Shown in pieces: positions 1 through 10,392 of a DNA stretch of 64,000 nt. The position numbers were made by a program, and so were the translations under genes. This DNA is from Candidatus Krumholzibacteriia bacterium (GTDB taxonomy: Bacteria > Krumholzibacteriota > Krumholzibacteriia > JAJRXK01). Below the pieces are notes generated by a model. It made no database searches and was not told the origin of the DNA. It saw nothing but the letters and a program-made list of their open reading frames with translations. The stretch lies in the NCBI GenBank assembly GCA_041484665.1, contig JBGPIA010000006.1, forward strand, positions 32,001-96,000. Reading direction: 5' to 3'. The number at the start of each line of letters is the position of its first letter. Position 1 is the stretch's first letter.

Positions 1-1
1 C

Positions 2-220
2 GACGGATCTGCTCCAACGCCCGTCGTGCTGCGCGTGCTGGACGCGCGCGGGCGCGCCGTGCGCAGCCTGCTTGCGGGACAGCCGCTCCCGCCCGGCCCG
101 CAGCTCGTGCTGTGGGACGGGCGCGACGACGCCGGCCGCATCGCGGCCAGCGGAGTCTACGTGGTCCAGCTGTCGGCGCCGGGAAAGAGCGCCAGCGCCA
201 AGGCGACGCTGGCCAAGTGA
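2..220 (+). CDS. 3' end of a secreted protein with a FlgD-like Ig C-terminal domain (partial, starts before window)
   Basis: Translation LRVLDARGRAVRSL...VLWDGRDDAGRIAASGVYVVQL...K matches the FlgD-Ig 'WDGRD.G..SGVY' C-terminal pattern; the frame is open from base 2. Confidence 0.8.
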   Translation, partial: DGSAPTPVVLRVLDARGRAVRSLLAGQPLPPGPQLVLWDGRDDAGRIAASGVYVVQLSAPGKSASAKATLAK

Positions 221-360
221 CCGGACCGCGACCGCACGCCCAAGCGACCGGGCCGCGACCGCGCGCGGTGGGCCAACACGCCGCCGGGCGGTGGGCCAAC
301 AACCAGCCACCCGGTGGGCCAACCACGCGCCAACCGGCCGGCCGACCACCAACCGGCGCT
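220..360. repeat. Degenerate short direct repeats (GACCGGxCCGCGACCGC x2; GGTGGGCCAAC x3)
   Basis: Read directly from the sequence just after the stop codon at 218-220. Confidence 0.6.
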
Positions 361-465
361 GCCACGCTGAGCGGGCCATTGGAACCGGCACGCGAAGCTC
401 CGATCAGCGCGCAAGAGCCCTGGACGATCGTGTAGACTCCTGCCCCCCCTCGAGCGGAGCTCTCC

Positions 466-2901
466 ATGCCCACACGCCAGCCGGCTGTCCAGGGGGCGGC
501 CGCGGGCGGCGTCGCAACCGGAGCGGCCACGGGCGGCGTCGCACCCGGGGCGGCCACAGGCGGCGCGGCACACGGGGCGGCCGCGGGCGGCGTCGCAACC
601 GCGCCGGCGCCCGCGCCCGCAGCGCGGTCCGCCCGGCCGCAGCCTGAGCCCTACATCGCCCCGGCCACCCGCATGCGCGAGCTCACGCCGCGCGCCGTGA
701 TCCTGGGCACGATCCTCGGAATGATCTTCGGCGCCTCGTCCCTGTACCTGGTGCTCAAGGTCGGGCTGACGGTCAGCGCGTCGATCCCGGTGGCGGTCAT
801 CTCGATCACGCTGTTTCGGCTCCTGTCGCGCTTCGGGCTCAAGGACGCCAGCATCCTCGAGAACAACATCGTGCAGACAGCGGGGTCGGCCGGAGAGTCG
901 ATCGCCTTCGGCCTGGGCGTCACGATGCCCGCGATCATGATCCTCGGCTTCAACCTCGAGATCACGCGCGTGATGCTCGTGGCGGTGCTGGGGGGATTGC
1001 TGGGCATTCTGATGATGATCCCGTTGCGGCGCGCGCTGATCGTCCAGCAGCACGGCATCCTCAAGTACCCCGAGGGGACGGCCTGCGCCGAGGTGCTGAA
1101 GGCGGGAGCCTCACAAGAATCGCGGGAGATGGCCTCGGACGCGGCCAAGCAGGAAGCGCGGGCGGCCGCGGCCGCGGGGCTGTCCAGCAACACCAGCGCG
1201 CGCACGATCTTCTCCGGTTTCGGGATCGGCATCCTCTACAAGACGCTGATGGTGACCTGCAAGGCCTGGAAGGACGTGCCCGAGCGGGTTTTCGGCAAGC
1301 CGTTCGAGGCGGGCTCCCTCTCGGCCGAGATCTCGCCGGAGTTGTTGGGAGTCGGCTACATCATCGGGGGCAAAATCTCCTCGGTCATGTGCGCCGGGGG
1401 GGTGCTGGCCTATCTGGTGCTCATTCCGATGATCAAGTTCTTCGGCAGCGCCATGCCCGGCCCGCTGGCCCCGGGCGCCGTGCCCATCAAGGACATGACC
1501 CCCGACGACATCCGCGGCGCGTACGTGCTCTACATCGGCGCAGGCGCGGTGGCGGCGGGCGGCATCGTGAGCCTGGGGCGGTCCATGCCCACCATCGTGC
1601 ACGGGCTGCGCGGGGGCCTGCACGACCTGCGGGCCAAGCGCGACGCGAACTCGGCCATCCTGCGTACCGAGCACGACCTCTCGATGAAATTCGTGTTGTT
1701 CGGGATCGTCGGGATGGTGGCTGCTATCATGGCCAGCCCCTCGCTGCACATGAATCTGCTGGGGGCGCTCCTGATCGTCGTCTTCGGCTTCCTGTTCGTG
1801 ACCGTCTCGTCGCGCCTGACTGGAGAGATCGGCTCCTCCAGCAACCCGATCTCGGGGATGACGGTCGCCACGCTGCTCTTCACCTGCCTGATCTTCCTGG
1901 TGGTGGGCTGGACGGGAGGGCCGTACTACGTCACGGCGCTCTCGGTGGGCGGCATCGTCTGCATCGCGGCCTCCAACGGCGGCACAACGTCGCAGGATCT
2001 CAAGACGGGGCATCTGGTGGGCGGCACGCCACGCTTGCAGCAGATCGCGATCCTGGTCGGTTCGCTGGCCTCGGCCCTGGTGCTGGGACCGATCCTGCTG
2101 CGGCTCAACGACGCCGCCACGGTCTACGTGCCAGCCGCCGAGGTCGCGCCCGGGCTGCACACCGACGCCGGGCCGCTCACGCTGCACGAGTCGGTGCGGG
2201 GACCTCAAGCCCGCGACGATGCGAAATCGTATCTGGTCTGGCAGAAGACCGACGAGCAGGGTGGGCCGCCCGGCAAGTACCTCGTCGACGCCAGTGGCGC
2301 GGCCGTCTACCTGGTCGACCCCGGCATCAACGGCACGCACGAGACGCGCCCCGACGGCACGACCGTTCGCAAGTTCGACGCGCCCAAGGCGACGCTGATG
2401 TCGTACATCATCAAGGGCATCCTCAGCCACAAGCTGCCCTGGGCGCTGGTGCTGTTTGGGGTGATGATCGCGCTGGTGCTGGAGATGTCCGACATCCCCT
2501 CGCTCGCATTCGCGGTGGGCGTCTACCTGCCGCTGTCGTCCTCCACCCCGATCTTCTTCGGTGGGATGATCCGCTGGCTGGTCGACCGCAAGCGGCGCCG
2601 TGAGCTTGCGCACGCCAATCTGACCGAGGAGCAGCTGGTGGCCGAGGGCGACAAGAGCGCCGGCGTGCTCATGGCGTCGGGCTACATCGCGGGCGGGGCG
2701 ATCGCCGGGATCATCATCGCGTTCACCTCCGGCGCCTTCGAGCAGATCGACACGTTCTTCACCCGCTGGGCGACCGCGCACAACCCGTTCTTCGGCGGAT
2801 CGCAGGCGGACCTGCTGTCGACGCTCCCGTTCGCGGCGCTCATGGTGCTGCTGTATCTGGTGGGACGAGAGAAGCTGCTGTCGGGCCGGGCGAAGGCGTA
2901 G
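466..2901 (+). CDS. OPT family oligopeptide transporter
   Basis: Motifs ELTPRAVILG, YLVLKVGLTVSASIP, ENNIVQTAGSAGES, YPEGTACAEVL, SNPISGM, QDLKTG; many TM segments; GGAG RBS upstream. Confidence 0.93.
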   Translation: MPTRQPAVQGAAAGGVATGAATGGVAPGAATGGAAHGAAAGGVATAPAPAPAARSARPQPEPYIAPATRMRELTPRAVILGTILGMIFGASSLYLVLKVGLTVSASIPVAVISITLFRLLSRFGLKDASILENNIVQTAGSAGESIAFGLGVTMPAIMILGFNLEITRVMLVAVLGGLLGILMMIPLRRALIVQQHGILKYPEGTACAEVLKAGASQESREMASDAAKQEARAAAAAGLSSNTSARTIFSGFGIGILYKTLMVTCKAWKDVPERVFGKPFEAGSLSAEISPELLGVGYIIGGKISSVMCAGGVLAYLVLIPMIKFFGSAMPGPLAPGAVPIKDMTPDDIRGAYVLYIGAGAVAAGGIVSLGRSMPTIVHGLRGGLHDLRAKRDANSAILRTEHDLSMKFVLFGIVGMVAAIMASPSLHMNLLGALLIVVFGFLFVTVSSRLTGEIGSSSNPISGMTVATLLFTCLIFLVVGWTGGPYYVTALSVGGIVCIAASNGGTTSQDLKTGHLVGGTPRLQQIAILVGSLASALVLGPILLRLNDAATVYVPAAEVAPGLHTDAGPLTLHESVRGPQARDDAKSYLVWQKTDEQGGPPGKYLVDASGAAVYLVDPGINGTHETRPDGTTVRKFDAPKATLMSYIIKGILSHKLPWALVLFGVMIALVLEMSDIPSLAFAVGVYLPLSSSTPIFFGGMIRWLVDRKRRRELAHANLTEEQLVAEGDKSAGVLMASGYIAGGAIAGIIIAFTSGAFEQIDTFFTRWATAHNPFFGGSQADLLSTLPFAALMVLLYLVGREKLLSGRAKA
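492..603 (+). repeat. 27-bp in-frame tandem repeat (GAA(A/T)GGVAx, about 4 copies) in the OPT N-terminus
   Basis: Units such as GGGGCGGCCGCGGGCGGCGTCGCAACC and GGAGCGGCCACGGGCGGCGTCGCACCC. Confidence 0.8.
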
Positions 2902-2996
2902 GCCGCCGAATCGAGGGCGGAGGCGATCGGTCCGGGTGGACGGTGCGGGCGGCGGTGGTATGGGTGAGATGACCGCAGCAGGCCGGTGGGGCCCCG

Positions 2997-4670
2997 CTAC
3001 GGCGCGCGTCCATCGCGGCGGAGGCTCCCACGCCCGGTGGGCCACAGCAGCTGGTTGGTCGAGGACCCGGTGACGGTGAACACCAGCACCTGCCGCAGCT
3101 GGTCTACGGCGTCCTTCAGATTGACCACGATCTCCAGATCGCCGTCCTTGTCGATGTCGGCGATGGTCGGTACCGCCATCGACCCGCGATCGGGCAGGGC
3201 GATGGCGTGCAGGCGAGTGCCCTCGGAGTCCAGCACGACCAGCTGACCCTTGTCCGGGTCCGGGGAGTAGGTCGCGAATACGATCTCCGGCACCCCGTCA
3301 CCCGACAGGTCCGCGATCGCCACTCCCGCGGTGAGCACGTTGGGATCTGTGGTGTACGTTGAGCTCCAGAGCACGCGCGCCCGGGAGTCCACGGCGTGGA
3401 TCTTCCCGTCGAACCCGGCGACGATGAACTCGGGACCGGCGCGCGCCGGATCGATGTCGGCGACTGCGACCTGGTTGGTGGCTGCCACGATGTTGGTGCC
3501 GGCAAAGTCGGTGAGGCCGGCCAGGTAGTCCGGGAACCGCACCGGGGCCACCCAATCGGTCGGACGCGTGCCGTCGTCGCGTAGCACCCACAGCGCTACG
3601 CCGCGCAGGCGATCGGTCTGCGCGGCGTTCTGCACCGAGCTCAGCACCACCAGCTCGCCCTTGCCGTCGCCGTCGATGTCGGCGATCGCGGGGGCCGAGT
3701 TGGTGAACTCGCCCTGGTTGTCCGTCTGCTCGTCGTTGGCGAACCCCTGCTGCGCGAGCGTGTAGTCCAGCAGCGCGCGCACTCCCTGGATCTTCGTGCG
3801 GCCGGTGAAGATGGGGGCGCATGCGAAGGCGCGCCCCGTGCCGTCGTGCAGGCTCAGGTAGGCATTGTCCTGCGTGGCGAGGATGTCGGCGACGTGGTTG
3901 CCATCGACATCGCCCAGCGCGACGTTCTGGTCGTACCCGCCCGTCACGAAGCAGCCGGCGTCACATCCGGAGCTGCCGCCAGTGTTGGCGGGAAACCCCG
4001 TGACTGCGCTGCCATCGTGGTTGACGGCGATGATGATATCGGTCTGGCCGCCCGACTCCAGGGGAGTGGTGGTCACGGCGACCAACTCGAGCTGGCCGTC
4101 GTTGTCGATGTCTCCGGCCGCGAGCGAGCGCAACTCGTCGCGCCACGCGTAGGGGAAGCCCGGGCACAACGCGCCGCCCGAATCCCACGCGTAGATGCTC
4201 CCGCGGGAGGCGACGACCACTTCCAGCCCGGGAACCGCGGGCAGCAGATCGACGACGACCGGCGAGGACCAGACTCGTCCTTGCGTCTGCCCCCGGAAGC
4301 GGATCGTGCCGTCGAGGTGCCACCCGATGACCTGATTGTCGCGAGCCGCGATGATCTCCATGGTGCCGTCCCCATCGAGGTCGGCCACGGCCGCCGACCC
4401 GACCCAGGCCTCCTGGAAGCGATCGCGCAGCGTGGCCAGCAGCGTGGGCGCGGAGACGGAGTTCTTCGGCTGGCCGGGGCCGGTCGAGTCCGAGCCGCAG
4501 CCCGCGGTCAGCAGCGCGAGCAGGAGCGCCGGCAGCAGCGGTGGCAAGCACGAGTGCGAGAGCGACCGCACGAGCGTTGGCGAGAATGGCGCGCGCAGCG
4601 GCCGCAGCGCCGGCGACGTCGGCCGCGTCGGCCGGAGCTGACGTTGGCGGGTCCAACGATCGAGACGCAT
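2997..4670 (-). CDS. FG-GAP/VCBS-repeat (beta-propeller) lipoprotein
   Basis: Repeated 'ADLDGDG..EI', 'GDIDNDGQLEL', 'ADIDGDGKGEL', 'ADIDKDGDLEI'; lipobox LLTAGC. Start codon uncertain. Confidence 0.82.
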   Translation of the reverse strand: MRLDRWTRQRQLRPTRPTSPALRPLRAPFSPTLVRSLSHSCLPPLLPALLLALLTAGCGSDSTGPGQPKNSVSAPTLLATLRDRFQEAWVGSAAVADLDGDGTMEIIAARDNQVIGWHLDGTIRFRGQTQGRVWSSPVVVDLLPAVPGLEVVVASRGSIYAWDSGGALCPGFPYAWRDELRSLAAGDIDNDGQLELVAVTTTPLESGGQTDIIIAVNHDGSAVTGFPANTGGSSGCDAGCFVTGGYDQNVALGDVDGNHVADILATQDNAYLSLHDGTGRAFACAPIFTGRTKIQGVRALLDYTLAQQGFANDEQTDNQGEFTNSAPAIADIDGDGKGELVVLSSVQNAAQTDRLRGVALWVLRDDGTRPTDWVAPVRFPDYLAGLTDFAGTNIVAATNQVAVADIDPARAGPEFIVAGFDGKIHAVDSRARVLWSSTYTTDPNVLTAGVAIADLSGDGVPEIVFATYSPDPDKGQLVVLDSEGTRLHAIALPDRGSMAVPTIADIDKDGDLEIVVNLKDAVDQLRQVLVFTVTGSSTNQLLWPTGRGSLRRDGRAP

Positions 4671-4869
4671 CGGAAGCTCCAGTGGGCTTGGGGGCATGTG
4701 GGAATGGAGTGGCGTGCGGCGATCCTGAACGATCCATCCCGGGGCGCGCAAGGCCGAGTTGGCGTCCGCGTGCGGGCGCTGCGGGTTCGACTACACTTTG
4801 GGCGATCGTGGTAACCGGCCGGGAGCCGGCCACTTTGGATCCTCACCCCTGCAAGGAGGCGCAAGCGAC

Positions 4870-5514
4870 ATGCGGATCGGCGTGCTGGGGACGGGTGACG
4901 TCGGCCGGGCCCTGGGCCAGGCCTTCGTCACCCTCGGACACGAGGTCAAGATGGGCTCGCGCGCGGCCGGCAACGAGAAAGCCGTGCAATGGGCCCGCGC
5001 GGCGGGGCCGAAGGCGTCGCAGGGAACGTTCACGGATGCGGCGCGATTCGGCGAGCTGGTCGTGCTGGCCACTCTCGGCGTGGCCAACGACGAGACCCTG
5101 CGCGCCGCGGGCATCGGCAGCTTCGACGGCAAGATCGTGATCGACACCACCAACCCGTTGGATATGTCGGGCGGCTTCCCCCCCAAGCTGGCGGTGGGCC
5201 ACACCGATTCGGCCGGCGAGCGCGTGCAGCGGCTGTTGCCGCGCGCCCACGTGGTGAAAGCGTTCAATACGGTGGGCAACGCCCACATGTTCAAGCCCCA
5301 GTTCCCTGAAGGCCCGCCCGACATGTTCATCTGCGGCAACAGCGATGACGCCAAAGCGAAGGTCGCAGCGATCCTGCGTGACTTCGGCTGGGGCGTGATC
5401 GACCTGGGCGGTATCGAGGCGTCGCGCCACCTGGAGCCGATGTGCCTGGTGTGGGTACTCTACGGCGCGCGCTCCGGCTCGTGGAACCACGCCTTCAAGC
5501 TGCTGCGGCGCTGA
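4870..5514 (+). CDS. NADPH-dependent F420 reductase-like / F420_oxidored family NAD(P)-binding oxidoreductase
   Basis: N-terminal MRIGVLGTGDVG Rossmann motif, GSR, IDTTNPL, VVKAFNT; AGGAGG RBS upstream. Confidence 0.88.
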   Translation: MRIGVLGTGDVGRALGQAFVTLGHEVKMGSRAAGNEKAVQWARAAGPKASQGTFTDAARFGELVVLATLGVANDETLRAAGIGSFDGKIVIDTTNPLDMSGGFPPKLAVGHTDSAGERVQRLLPRAHVVKAFNTVGNAHMFKPQFPEGPPDMFICGNSDDAKAKVAAILRDFGWGVIDLGGIEASRHLEPMCLVWVLYGARSGSWNHAFKLLRR

Positions 5515-5596
5515 GACCCGCCGCAGCGGCCCCCCACCAGACCCCGTGCCCGTGCTCCGAGGCGTGCGGCCCGTCGTCCTCGCGACGGCAGCGCCG

Positions 5597-7075
5597 CTAC
5601 GCGTGGAGCGCGTCGCAGATCTTGCGGAAATGGTGGCCGTAGATGGCGAGCGTGACGGCCAGCGGAAACAGCGAGGGCCGCCGGAACGAGGTCCAGGCGA
5701 GCAGGCCCCAGTAGTGGGCCCGCTCCCGGCCGAATACGCCCAGGCGGATCACCGAATGCATGAAGGCGCCGATGTTCGGCCAGCTCATCGAGCTGGTCAT
5801 TCGAGGCGGATGGTACTCGCGCAGGAACGTGCGCACGCGCTGGTAGTACGGCCCCGGCGCATAGATGCTGCGCAGGATCATCTTGTGCCCGTCGCGCAGC
5901 GCGTCGGGGTCCATGCGCGGCACGAAATTGAGGGTGCCGTCTACGTTGTCGCCGGTCGTCTCGCCCAGCAGCCGGCCTTCGCGTTTCAGCCGGGAGTACA
6001 GCTTGGTGTCCGGCATGGCGTTCAGCAGCCCGACCATCGCGGTGACGATACCGCTCTTCTGAATGAACTCCGTCTGCCGCTGGAAGGTCGTCGGCGTGTC
6101 GCTGTCGAAGCCGACGATGAACCCGCCCTGCACCTGCAGCCCGGCCCGCTGCATGCGTTTCACGTCGGCAATCATGTCGCGGCCGCGGTTCTGCCGCTTG
6201 TTGCATTCGGCGAGGCTGGCCTCCTCAGGCGTCTCGATACCGATGAACACGGTATCAAATCCCGCCTCGACCATCGACGTCATGAGCGTCGCGTCATCGG
6301 CCAGGTTGATCGACGCCTCGGTGTAGAACCGGATGCCAGCCTTGCCCTTGCGCCAGGCGGTCAGCGCCGGCAACAACTTCGACTTGAGTTGCTGCTTGTT
6401 GCCGATGAAGTTGTCATCGACGAAGAACACCGAGCCGCGCCAGCCGGCGCGGCACAGGCCGTCCAGCTCCGCGAGGATCTGCGCCGCGGTCTTGGTGCGC
6501 GGCCGATGGCCGAGCATCGCGGTGACGTTGCAGAACTCGCAGTCGAACGGGCAGCCGCGCGAGAACTGCACGCTCATGGAGGCGTAGCGCCGCAGGTCCA
6601 GCAGCTCCCACAAGGGCACGGGCGTCTGGCGGACGTCGGCGAACTCAGCCGCCGTGTACGCCCGCCGCGCCGTCCCGCGTCCGAAGTCGTACAGGAAGGG
6701 GGCGAGCGTTACCTCGGCCTCGTTCAGCACGAAATGGTCGACATCCGGGAACTGCGCGTGTTCGGCGGTGAACAGCGGCCCGCCGGCGACGATCGTCTTA
6801 CCCGCCGCCCGGCAGCGCGCGATGAGCTCGCGCGCGGACGCGCGCTGCGCGAGCATCGCGCTGACGAACACGACGTCCGCCCAGGCAATGTCTTCTCGGG
6901 AGACCTTGCGGACGTTCTGGTCCACCAGCCGCTTGGGCCATTCCGGCGGCAGCATGGCGGCGACGGTGATCAGACCGAGCGGGGGCAGGGAGGCGCGCTT
7001 GCGGACGAACTTCAGCGCGTGCTTGAAGCTCCAGAACGTGTCCGGGAACTCGGGATACAGAAGAAGTGCATTCAT
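5597..7075 (-). CDS. B12-binding radical SAM protein (DUF4070 type)
   Basis: MNALLLYPEFPDTFWSF, PPLGLITVAA, AGGP, RGCPFDCEFC (CxxxCxxC), FFVDDNFIGN, GFIVGFDSD. The real gene is the C-terminal part of the 1381-aa ORF in the track. Confidence 0.92.
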   Translation of the reverse strand: MNALLLYPEFPDTFWSFKHALKFVRKRASLPPLGLITVAAMLPPEWPKRLVDQNVRKVSREDIAWADVVFVSAMLAQRASARELIARCRAAGKTIVAGGPLFTAEHAQFPDVDHFVLNEAEVTLAPFLYDFGRGTARRAYTAAEFADVRQTPVPLWELLDLRRYASMSVQFSRGCPFDCEFCNVTAMLGHRPRTKTAAQILAELDGLCRAGWRGSVFFVDDNFIGNKQQLKSKLLPALTAWRKGKAGIRFYTEASINLADDATLMTSMVEAGFDTVFIGIETPEEASLAECNKRQNRGRDMIADVKRMQRAGLQVQGGFIVGFDSDTPTTFQRQTEFIQKSGIVTAMVGLLNAMPDTKLYSRLKREGRLLGETTGDNVDGTLNFVPRMDPDALRDGHKMILRSIYAPGPYYQRVRTFLREYHPPRMTSSMSWPNIGAFMHSVIRLGVFGRERAHYWGLLAWTSFRRPSLFPLAVTLAIYGHHFRKICDALHA

Positions 7076-7181
7076 CGATCGACTCGCCGACACGATAGGC
7101 CCGATCGCGGCAAACCGAAAGGCATTTTGCGGACCGTAACCGCTGGCCTCGGCGCACCCGCAGGTCGCACCGAGGCGCGCA

Positions 7182-7213
7182 CGGACGGACGGACGGACGG
7201 GCGGGGGACGGAC
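7182..7213. repeat. (CGGA)n tetranucleotide microsatellite
   Basis: CGGACGGACGGACGGACGG...GGACGGACG in the RND / radical SAM spacer. Confidence 0.7.
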
Positions 7214-7251
7214 GCACGCGTCGGGCAGGCGCGCGCTCCGCCGCCACTCGC

Positions 7252-10200
7252 CTACGCCGGGCTCGCAGGGCTGGCTTGCCTCGCTGGGCTCGTCAGAGCG
7301 TCCTGGCGTTGTGCGACCGCGGCGCTGCGCTCCCGCGCGAACCTGCGGCCGAGCCAGGTCTGCACGCCATCGAGGTAGGTGAAGAACACCGGCGTGACGT
7401 ACAGCGTCACCAGCTGGGAGAAGAGCAGGCCGCCGACGACGCACAGCCCCAACGGCCGGCGCGCCTCGGATCCCGCGCCCAGCCCCAGCGCGATCGGCAG
7501 CGTGCCCATCAGGGCAGCCATGGTCGTCATCATGATAGGCCGGAAGCGGATGCTGCAGGCCTTCAGGATCGCCGCCTCCGCATCCAGCCCGCCTTTCTTG
7601 GCCTCGACGGCGAAGTCGACCATCATGATCGCGTTCTTCTTCACCACTCCGATGAGCATGATCAGCCCGACGAAGCTGTAGAGATTCAGGTCGGTCCTGA
7701 ACAGCAGCAGGGTGACCAGCGCTCCGAACAGCGCGAACGGCAGGCCGGTGAGGATGGTGATCGGGTGGACGAAACTCTCGTAGAGGATGCCCAGGATCAT
7801 GTAGATGACCAGGATGGCCAGGATCAGCAGGCTCAACAGCCCGCTCTGCGAAGCGTTGAAGGCCTGCGCCGTCCCCGAGAAGTTCGTGACGATCGATGAG
7901 GGAAGGGTCTCGCGGGCAGCCTTGTTCACGATGGCTACCGCCTCGCTGAGCGCCACGCCCTCGGCCAGGTTGAAGGAGATGGTCACCGACGGCTGCTGGC
8001 CCGAGTGGTTCACCGTGAGCGGGCCGATCCCGGTCTGGATCTGGGCGACGGCGGACAAGGGGACGAGGTCGCCGTCCTGGGCACGGATGTGGAGCAGGTT
8101 CAGGGTCGCGGGATCGCGCTGATACTGGGGCAACAGCTCCATGATCACGTAGTACTGGTTGTTGGGCGCCAGGATGGTGGAGACCTGCCGGGTGCCGTAG
8201 GCCGAGAACAGGCCGTCCTCGATGGCCTGCGGCGTGATCCCCAGGGAGGCTGCCCGGTCGCGGTCGATCACCACGTCTACTTCGGGATTGCTGATCCGCA
8301 GGTCGCTGTTCACGTCGCGCAGTCGCTGATCCAGCCGCAGTTTGGCCTCCAGGGCCGGTCCGGCAGAGTAGAGAGCATCCAGGTCCGACGACTGGAGCGT
8401 GTACTGATAGAGTCCCGACGCGAAGCGGCCGCCGATGTTGATGGCCGGCTGGTTGATGACGATGGCGCGGATGCCCGGGATCTTGGCCAGCTTGCCCCGC
8501 AGGCTGCTGACCACCTGGTCGGCGGTGAGCTTGCGCTCGTGGCGCGGCTTCAGGCGGAGTATGACGCGGCCTTGGTTGCCCGAGCTGCTGGAGCCGCCCG
8601 CCCCGACGGCGGACATGAACGACTGCACGTTGGGGTCCGCCCCCACCACCTCGGCGACCACCTTCTGGTGCGCCACCATCCCCTCGAAGGAGAGGCCCTC
8701 CGCTCCCTCGGTGGTGCCGAACAGGAAGGCCGTGTCCTGGCTCGGGATGAAGCCCTTGGGCACGACGGCGAAGAGGAACATGGTCGCGGCGAAGATCCCC
8801 GCCGAGAACATCAGCGCGGTGCGCTTGTGGCCCACCACCCAGGCGAGGCTTCGCTCGTAGAGCGCCAGCGCACTCGTCCACACCCGCTCGATGGCGTTGT
8901 AGAAGCGGCCATGCTGCCTGCTCTCGACGCGCAGGAAGCGGCTGCACATCATGGGCGTCAGCGACAGGGACACGAACCCCGAGACCAGGATCGCCGTCAT
9001 GATCGTGACCGCAAACTCCCGGAACAGCCGTCCCATGATGCCGCCCATGAACAGGATCGGGATGAACACGGCGGTTAGGGACAGGGTCATGGACACGATG
9101 GTGAAGCCCACTTCCTTGGCCCCGTCCACCGCCGCCGCGAACGGGCGCTTTCCCATTTCCATGTGGCGGTAGATGTTCTCGAGCATGACGATGGCGTCGT
9201 CGACCACGAACCCCACCGACAGCGTGAGGGCCATCAGCGACAGGTTGTCCAGGTTGAAGCCCAGCAGCGACATCACGCCGAATGTCCCGACCACCGACAA
9301 GGGCAGGGCGAGGCTGGGGATCACCGTGGCGGAGACGTTGCGCAGGAAGAGGAAGATCACCAGCACCACGAGGCAGAGCGTCAGCAGCAGCGTGCCCTTG
9401 ACGTCGTTGACGGAATCCTGGATGGGCGCCGCCCGGTCGATCATCACGGTGAGGTTCGCCGATGCCGGCATCTGGCTCATGAAGCTGGGCAAGAGCGCAC
9501 GCACGGCCTTGGACACTTCGACCGTGTTGGTGCCGGGCTGCCGCTGCACGGCCAGCATGATGCCCCGGTCGTTGTTGATCCAGCTGGCCACCTTGTCGTT
9601 CTGGACGCTGTCGAAAACGTTGCCCAGGTCCCGCAGGCGCACCGGCGCACCGTTGCGGTACGCCACCACGATGGGCCGGAACTCCGAGGCGTTGTTGAGC
9701 TGGCCGGTGGCCTGCAGGGTGTAGGCCTTTTCGTGGCCCCACAGGGTCCCGGTGGGCATGTTCACGTTGCTGCCCTGCACCGCCTGCACCACCTGGTCGA
9801 TCCCGATTCCGCGGGAGGCCATGGCCTGCGGGTCGAGCTGGATGCGGACGGCGTACTTCTGCGAGCCGTAGACCTGCACTTGGGCCACGCCGTTCACCAT
9901 GGAGATCCGCCGCGCCATGAGCGTCTGGGCGTACTCGTCGAGGGCCGACAGCGGCAGCGTGGGCGAGGTGAGCGCCACGAACAGGATGGGCTGGTCCGCC
10001 GGGTTCACCTTCTGGTACGAGGGCGGGCTGGGCATATCGCGCGGGAGCTGCCGCTGCACCGCGGCGATGGCGGACTGGACGTCCTGGGCCGCGGCGTCGA
10101 TGTCGCGCTCCAGGCTGAACTGGATCGTGATTTGCGTGCTGCCCAGGCTGCTGGTGGAGGTCATGTTGTCGATGCCGGCGATGGTGGAGAACTGCTTCTC

Positions 10201-10392
10201 CAGCGGCGTGGCCACCGCAGAGGCCATCGTCTCGGGACTGGCGCCGGGCAGGCTCGCCGACACCGAGATGGTGGGGAAGTCCACGTTGGGCAGGTCGCTC
10301 ACGGGCAACAGGCGATAACCCAGGATTCCCATGACGAGGATCGCCATCATGACGAGGGTCGTCATGACGGGGCGGCGGATGAAGAGGCTCAT
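7252..10392 (-). CDS. RND efflux permease (MdtB/MdtC-like)
   Basis: FIRRPVMT, LPGASPETMASAVATPLE, GFVVDDAIV, GVVKKNAIMMVDFA, RFRPIMMTT; 1046 aa. Confidence 0.95.
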   Translation of the reverse strand: MSLFIRRPVMTTLVMMAILVMGILGYRLLPVSDLPNVDFPTISVSASLPGASPETMASAVATPLEKQFSTIAGIDNMTSTSSLGSTQITIQFSLERDIDAAAQDVQSAIAAVQRQLPRDMPSPPSYQKVNPADQPILFVALTSPTLPLSALDEYAQTLMARRISMVNGVAQVQVYGSQKYAVRIQLDPQAMASRGIGIDQVVQAVQGSNVNMPTGTLWGHEKAYTLQATGQLNNASEFRPIVVAYRNGAPVRLRDLGNVFDSVQNDKVASWINNDRGIMLAVQRQPGTNTVEVSKAVRALLPSFMSQMPASANLTVMIDRAAPIQDSVNDVKGTLLLTLCLVVLVIFLFLRNVSATVIPSLALPLSVVGTFGVMSLLGFNLDNLSLMALTLSVGFVVDDAIVMLENIYRHMEMGKRPFAAAVDGAKEVGFTIVSMTLSLTAVFIPILFMGGIMGRLFREFAVTIMTAILVSGFVSLSLTPMMCSRFLRVESRQHGRFYNAIERVWTSALALYERSLAWVVGHKRTALMFSAGIFAATMFLFAVVPKGFIPSQDTAFLFGTTEGAEGLSFEGMVAHQKVVAEVVGADPNVQSFMSAVGAGGSSSSGNQGRVILRLKPRHERKLTADQVVSSLRGKLAKIPGIRAIVINQPAINIGGRFASGLYQYTLQSSDLDALYSAGPALEAKLRLDQRLRDVNSDLRISNPEVDVVIDRDRAASLGITPQAIEDGLFSAYGTRQVSTILAPNNQYYVIMELLPQYQRDPATLNLLHIRAQDGDLVPLSAVAQIQTGIGPLTVNHSGQQPSVTISFNLAEGVALSEAVAIVNKAARETLPSSIVTNFSGTAQAFNASQSGLLSLLILAILVIYMILGILYESFVHPITILTGLPFALFGALVTLLLFRTDLNLYSFVGLIMLIGVVKKNAIMMVDFAVEAKKGGLDAEAAILKACSIRFRPIMMTTMAALMGTLPIALGLGAGSEARRPLGLCVVGGLLFSQLVTLYVTPVFFTYLDGVQTWLGRRFARERSAAVAQRQDALTSPARQASPASPA

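Noticed and set aside
5597..9742. 1381-aa ORF suggesting a giant radical SAM fusion
   Set aside because: The N-terminal ~890 aa is an alternative frame over the RND gene; the real protein starts at 7075 (MNALLLYP).
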